From contig CAVVZZ010000006.1 in assembly GCA_963752915.1 (NCBI GenBank), forward strand, positions 11,166 to 75,165: DNA of 64,000 bases, written 5' to 3'. Below the pieces are notes generated by a model. It was not told the DNA's origin. It made no database searches and saw nothing but the letters and a program-made list of their open reading frames with translations. Shown here piece after piece: positions 59,068 to 64,000 of this stretch. Within the stretch, counting starts at the first letter, position 1. Each line of letters begins with the position of its first letter. The position numbers were made by a program, and so were the translations under genes. This stretch comes from Ignavibacteriota bacterium. Lineage in GTDB: Bacteria > Bacteroidota > Ignavibacteria > UBA10030 > UBA6906.

Positions 59068-59158
59068 CTGTCCACTGTCCACTGTCCACTGTTTACTGTT
59101 TACTGTTTACTGTTTACTGTTTACTGTTTACTGTCTACTGTCTACTGTCCCCTGTTCC
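59068..59158. repeat. 13-unit 7-bp tandem array
   Basis: 3x CTGTCCA, 6x CTGTTTA, 2x CTGTCTA, CTGTCCC, CTGTTCC. Confidence 0.95.
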
Positions 59159-59163
59159 CTGCT

Positions 59164-60171
<1,008 letters not shown>

Positions 60172-60295
60172 TTAAGACGGATGATCGCTAGCCTTTTCGC
60201 AGAAGCTACCCCATTGCCGTCTATCTTTCGCAGGTCTAGTTCGATTGCCGTAGGTACTTCTATGATGCTTTGTCCCCACTCCCGTGGGGGGATAT

Positions 60296-60352
60296 CTTTC
60301 TTTTCGTTCACTTTCTTTGCTCACCCAAAGAAAGTGAACCGAAAGAAAGGGT
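60296..60352. repeat. Palindromic intergenic element
   Basis: CTTTCTTTTCGTTCACTTTCTTTG-CTCACC-CAAAGAAAGTGAACCGAAAGAAAG. Confidence 0.65.
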
Positions 60353-60940
60353 GGTGAATTCGCAACCCTCAGCTGGGCTACGGCAGGCCGTGTGACGTGG
60401 GATTTCGATTGCGACGATGTATCGAGGGAGAAAACATCGAAATCCCAAAGCTAGGGTTGTAGTATCCAGCGCACTCCTCCGCGAATTCACATGCCCGCGC
60501 ACAAAAGCAGCAAACGATCCGCAGTAGGCACACGAATGTCGTAAAGCAACCGGAACTGCAATTGGTCCGAACCCTCCTCCAAGTATCAAATAGCCCAATT
60601 CCAAGATTTGATACTGTTGAAGTAGCGAACCTTAGAGATTTCTTGTTTCTTAAATCCGCTATCGATTTCGCATTCCCTCCGCACCTTACGATCGGCAAAA
60701 ATCAAAAAGATATCGTTATTTGATCATAGCGATTGGAAATGTCCGTTGAAACAGATCGATTGCGGATTTGCCGGTACCTACACTCGGAAACGAGGCAGCA
60801 TCCAACATTGACAACGCTTGCGGCACCTGTTTGGGTTCACTGCATCTCGATTACTCCCGTCGCCACTCGCTCGACGAATTTCCGATCGTGCTCTTCGAGC
60901 ACCATCGTGGGCTCGTTGAAATCCATGCGCGGCGTAAATG

Positions 60941-60964
60941 AAAAGGCCCGGTGAGCCGAGCCTT
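60941..60964 (-). terminator. Intrinsic terminator of GH5 gene
   Basis: Minus strand AAGGCTCGGCTCACCGGGCCTTTT. Confidence 0.6.
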
Positions 60965-60988
60965 GAGTTTGTGAGATAGCGCGAGAGT

Positions 60989-62491
60989 TCAGCGAATGAC
61001 CATCATTGCCTTCGTTGCGGTGAAGTTACCCGCTGTCAACCGATAGTAATACATCCCGCTGGCAAGTCCAGCTGCGTTGAAGGTGAAGGAATACTTCCCT
61101 GGCGGATAACTGCAATTTGCGAGCTGCGCTACTTCACGACCGAGGACATCGCAGACGACGAGACGCACTTCGCTGATCCCTGATCCCTGTTCCCTGTTCC
61201 CTGCTATTGTGTATCGAATAGTCGTCGTCGGATTGAACGGATTCGGATAGTTCTGCAACAAGAGGAACCCCGTCGCATTCGTTGAGGGTTCCTGCATATC
61301 CACACCGGTCGTAGCGCTGTTTGTATCGACAACCGCTTTGATGATATCCGGGTACACCTGTGCTCCGGTTGCTCGGTTGAAGAGCCCCATGGAGAAGTTT
61401 CCCGTAGAGCCGTTGTCCCAATAGACCGGTATCAGGCCATGCTTAATCATCGAGCGTGTAACATATTGCATGTAGTACAATCGGTATCCGGCATATTCAG
61501 CGTTGAGCGCAGCACTTCCCAGGTTAAGACGGGCAATCACGCCGTACTCTCCCAGAATCACCGCATGGCCACTGTCAATAAACTTGGATTTCATTTTTTG
61601 AAACTGGCCGTCCGCCCACGATTCATTGGCCCAGGTCTCAACCTTTGCCGGGGTCGTCGCGTATTTGCCCCACTGCGTTATGGTGCTGCCGGTGTTCAGC
61701 GTGAAATCGTAGGGATCGTAGTAGTGAACCTCGACCATGAGCCTGCCTGGCTCCGCGTCATGAGGAACCGCAAAATAGCTGACGGTGTAGTCGATATTGG
61801 TGTTATAGCCTTGCACAGCAAGATACCGATAGGCATTCCGTCCGCCAGTCGAACGCACGGTGGCAACAAACGTCTGATTGAAGCTGTTTTGCACAGTATA
61901 GTATTCGACTTTGGGCGCATTGTAATCCACCGTGACCTCGTTCATGCCCGCGAATATGAGATGATCGTCATAGTCTCGGAACCGGACTGCAATTTGTTGC
62001 CACATGGCAGCCAAACGATTATTCACGTATGCTTGCCGCGCATACGTCGGTATCATCCAGCCACCGTCCCAGTGGATATTGATGATTGCATACATGCTGT
62101 CCTTCAGCACATAGTTGACCACTTCTTCCACGCGGGACATCAGTGATGCATCGATTGCAAAGGTGGTCGTATCAATATTATTGCTCCACGCGACAGGGAT
62201 TCGGACGGAATGAAATCCCGCCGCCTTGATGGAATCAATGAGCAGTTGCGTTATTTTTGGATTTCCCCAGGCGGTCTCACTCCCTATGGCATCCAGCGAA
62301 TTTCCAATATTCCATCCCGGCAGCATCTCCTTCCCCAATGCGACCGAACCAATATCACGCATCCCTGAATGGTCGGGCGCAATACTATCAGCCTGTATCC
62401 CGAAGAGTTGATGTGGATTTTCTGAGACAGCCGCTGTCTGGGCAATACACAATGCTGGTACAAGCATCAAGAGAAAGAGATTTGCTTTCAT
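60989..62491 (-). CDS. GH5 endoglucanase-like enzyme with T9SS CTD
   Basis: GWNIGNSLD, SVRIPVAW, INIHWD, GMNE, HYYDP, LGEYG, WDNG; NYPNPFNP. Confidence 0.93.
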   Translation of the reverse strand: MKANLFLLMLVPALCIAQTAAVSENPHQLFGIQADSIAPDHSGMRDIGSVALGKEMLPGWNIGNSLDAIGSETAWGNPKITQLLIDSIKAAGFHSVRIPVAWSNNIDTTTFAIDASLMSRVEEVVNYVLKDSMYAIINIHWDGGWMIPTYARQAYVNNRLAAMWQQIAVRFRDYDDHLIFAGMNEVTVDYNAPKVEYYTVQNSFNQTFVATVRSTGGRNAYRYLAVQGYNTNIDYTVSYFAVPHDAEPGRLMVEVHYYDPYDFTLNTGSTITQWGKYATTPAKVETWANESWADGQFQKMKSKFIDSGHAVILGEYGVIARLNLGSAALNAEYAGYRLYYMQYVTRSMIKHGLIPVYWDNGSTGNFSMGLFNRATGAQVYPDIIKAVVDTNSATTGVDMQEPSTNATGFLLLQNYPNPFNPTTTIRYTIAGNREQGSGISEVRLVVCDVLGREVAQLANCSYPPGKYSFTFNAAGLASGMYYYRLTAGNFTATKAMMVIR

Positions 62492-62649
62492 TGCGTTGTC
62501 CTTTGGCTGGGTACACGACCAATATACTCAAAGTCCCGGACTAGTCTAGGAATCATGTCCCGCCCACTGACGAAACTTTGCTACGTTGACTGCCGCTGGT
62601 TGGCAACATCCCGACGCTGCGAGAAGACGGGAAGATCCGACACGCAGCG

Positions 62650-62678
62650 AAATAAAAGAGCCCTTCACGATGAAGGGC
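62650..62678 (-). terminator. Intrinsic terminator downstream of OYE gene
   Basis: Minus strand GCCCTTCATCGTGAAGGGCTCTTTTATTT. Confidence 0.7.
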
Positions 62679-62829
62679 CGATTGCACAGTCACAACACGA
62701 TCTAACCTCCGTAACGTCCTAGACCCGCACCAGCTCTCTCCCGATCCCCATCATCTTTCTGCCTACTCCCTACTGCATGCTTCCTACTCCTTCCAACATT
62801 GTCGGGCCCTCCCGCGAGTCCCGACCGGC

Positions 62830-63921
62830 TTAGTCTGCGGCCCGCGCATACTGTACTGGATGGAGCGGCGCTGCGCCCAACTTCTTTGCTGCATGCTGAG
62901 CCCAGTAAGGATCACGGAGAAACTCGCGCGCAAGCAGAACGAAGTCGGCGTCGCCGTTTCTGATGATGTTGTCCGCCTCTTCAGGCTGTCGGATCAGTCC
63001 CACTGCTGCCGTTGCGATACCGGCATCCTGCCGGATTCGTTTGGCGAAAGGGACCTGGTATAGCGGTCCAACAGGGACCTTCGCTTTGGGGGCAAGTCCA
63101 CCGGAGGAGGTGTCGATCAGGTCGACGCCGATCGATTTCAATTCCTTCGCAAGAGCCACAGACTGTTCGATCTCCCATCCGCCATCGGCCCAGTCGGAAG
63201 CCGACACGCGGACGAACAGCGGCAGATTCTCCGGCCATTGCGTCCTGACGGCTGTTGCAATCTCTTTGAGAAGCCGGATACGATTCTCGAACGATCCCCC
63301 GTACTCATCTGTTCGTTTATTCGACAGAGGCGAAAGAAACTGATGCAGCAGATAGCCATGCGCCGCATGCAGCTCGACCAGCCGGAATTTCGCTTCCCTC
63401 GCACGCCGTGCAGCATCGACGAAGGCGGCAATGACGTGCTCGATATCGGTCTTACTCATTTCTCGAGGCATCGCGGAACCTTCGGCAAACGGAATCGGAC
63501 TTGGGGCTACGGTCTGCCATCCCCCATCCTGTTCGGTAAGGAATTTCTTCCCGGCCCATGGGACCGGTGTGCTCGCCTTACGTCCCGCGTGGGCCAATTG
63601 AATTCCGGGCACCGCGCCCTGTGACGATGCAAAACCTGCAATGCGCGAGAAGCCCTCGATATGATCATCACTCCAGATGCCGAGATCGGCCGGGGAGATT
63701 CGTCCCTCGGGAAGAACAGCAGTAGCTTCGACGATCACCATCCCGGCGCCGCCAACAGCCCGGCTGCCAATATGGACGATGTGCCACTCGGTGACGCTGC
63801 CATCCGGACTGGAATATTGGCACATCGGACTGACGCCGATCCGATTGCGGAACGTTATTTCGCGAATCTTGAGTTCGCTGAACAAGCCATCGGGTTCCAT
63901 GGGATTCTTTCTGGTAGGCAT
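62830..63921 (-). CDS. NADH:flavin oxidoreductase (old yellow enzyme, YqjM/NamA type)
   Basis: SPMCQYS, QLAHAGRKAS, HAAHGYL, NKRTDEYGGS, QY.RA. Confidence 0.95.
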   Translation of the reverse strand: MPTRKNPMEPDGLFSELKIREITFRNRIGVSPMCQYSSPDGSVTEWHIVHIGSRAVGGAGMVIVEATAVLPEGRISPADLGIWSDDHIEGFSRIAGFASSQGAVPGIQLAHAGRKASTPVPWAGKKFLTEQDGGWQTVAPSPIPFAEGSAMPREMSKTDIEHVIAAFVDAARRAREAKFRLVELHAAHGYLLHQFLSPLSNKRTDEYGGSFENRIRLLKEIATAVRTQWPENLPLFVRVSASDWADGGWEIEQSVALAKELKSIGVDLIDTSSGGLAPKAKVPVGPLYQVPFAKRIRQDAGIATAAVGLIRQPEEADNIIRNGDADFVLLAREFLRDPYWAQHAAKKLGAAPLHPVQYARAAD

Positions 63922-64000
63922 GTCACATCAAGCAGAAATGATCGCTGCGATTTTCGAACTATGGGTAATGATGAAATATAGAAAGAAAAAGGGTCCGCTT

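Noticed and set aside
60308-60954. Short ORFs or possible IS remnant between AKR and GH5
   Set aside because: No transposase motif, terminal repeats or convincing start signals could be identified
62560-62585. CTGACGAAAC as hammerhead ribozyme core
   Set aside because: No stem II or flanking helices

Overview
64 kb of GC-rich bacterial chromosome. Several proteins end in a type IX secretion (T9SS) type-A C-terminal domain (NYPNPFNP...Y.YRL...KM.L.K). Together with canonical TTGACA promoters and GGAGG ribosome-binding sites, this points to an Ignavibacteria/Kryptonia-like member of the FCB group (inference). Left part: end of an LPS/polysaccharide cluster (GT9, three GT4, flippase, decayed ArnT-like gene), tRNA-Ser, nfeD-slipin-polB, csp, B12-binding domain protein, maf, tRNA-Leu with a mosaic of tRNA-derived repeats, TPR protein and tricorn protease. 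Middle: CE2-GH3-GH5 cluster, TIGR03546/TIGR03545 pair, Cache protein plus porin, a two-component cluster, spoVG, a frameshifted glycoside hydrolase and a TetR-controlled Lol-like ABC operon. Right part: a five-gene operon (coiled-coil protein, membrane-anchored PspA/ESCRT-III-like protein, SBP-OmpA fusion, ABC permease, ATPase), more T9SS cargo and two oxidoreductases. The two most striking signals are that PspA-like/SBP-OmpA/ABC operon and a family of 7-bp repeats and palindromes that recur in the same loop of T9SS secretion domains, where they set the reading frame and mark a deletion breakpoint. No CRISPR array, integrase or transposase was seen. All family assignments come from motif recognition by eye, not database searches.
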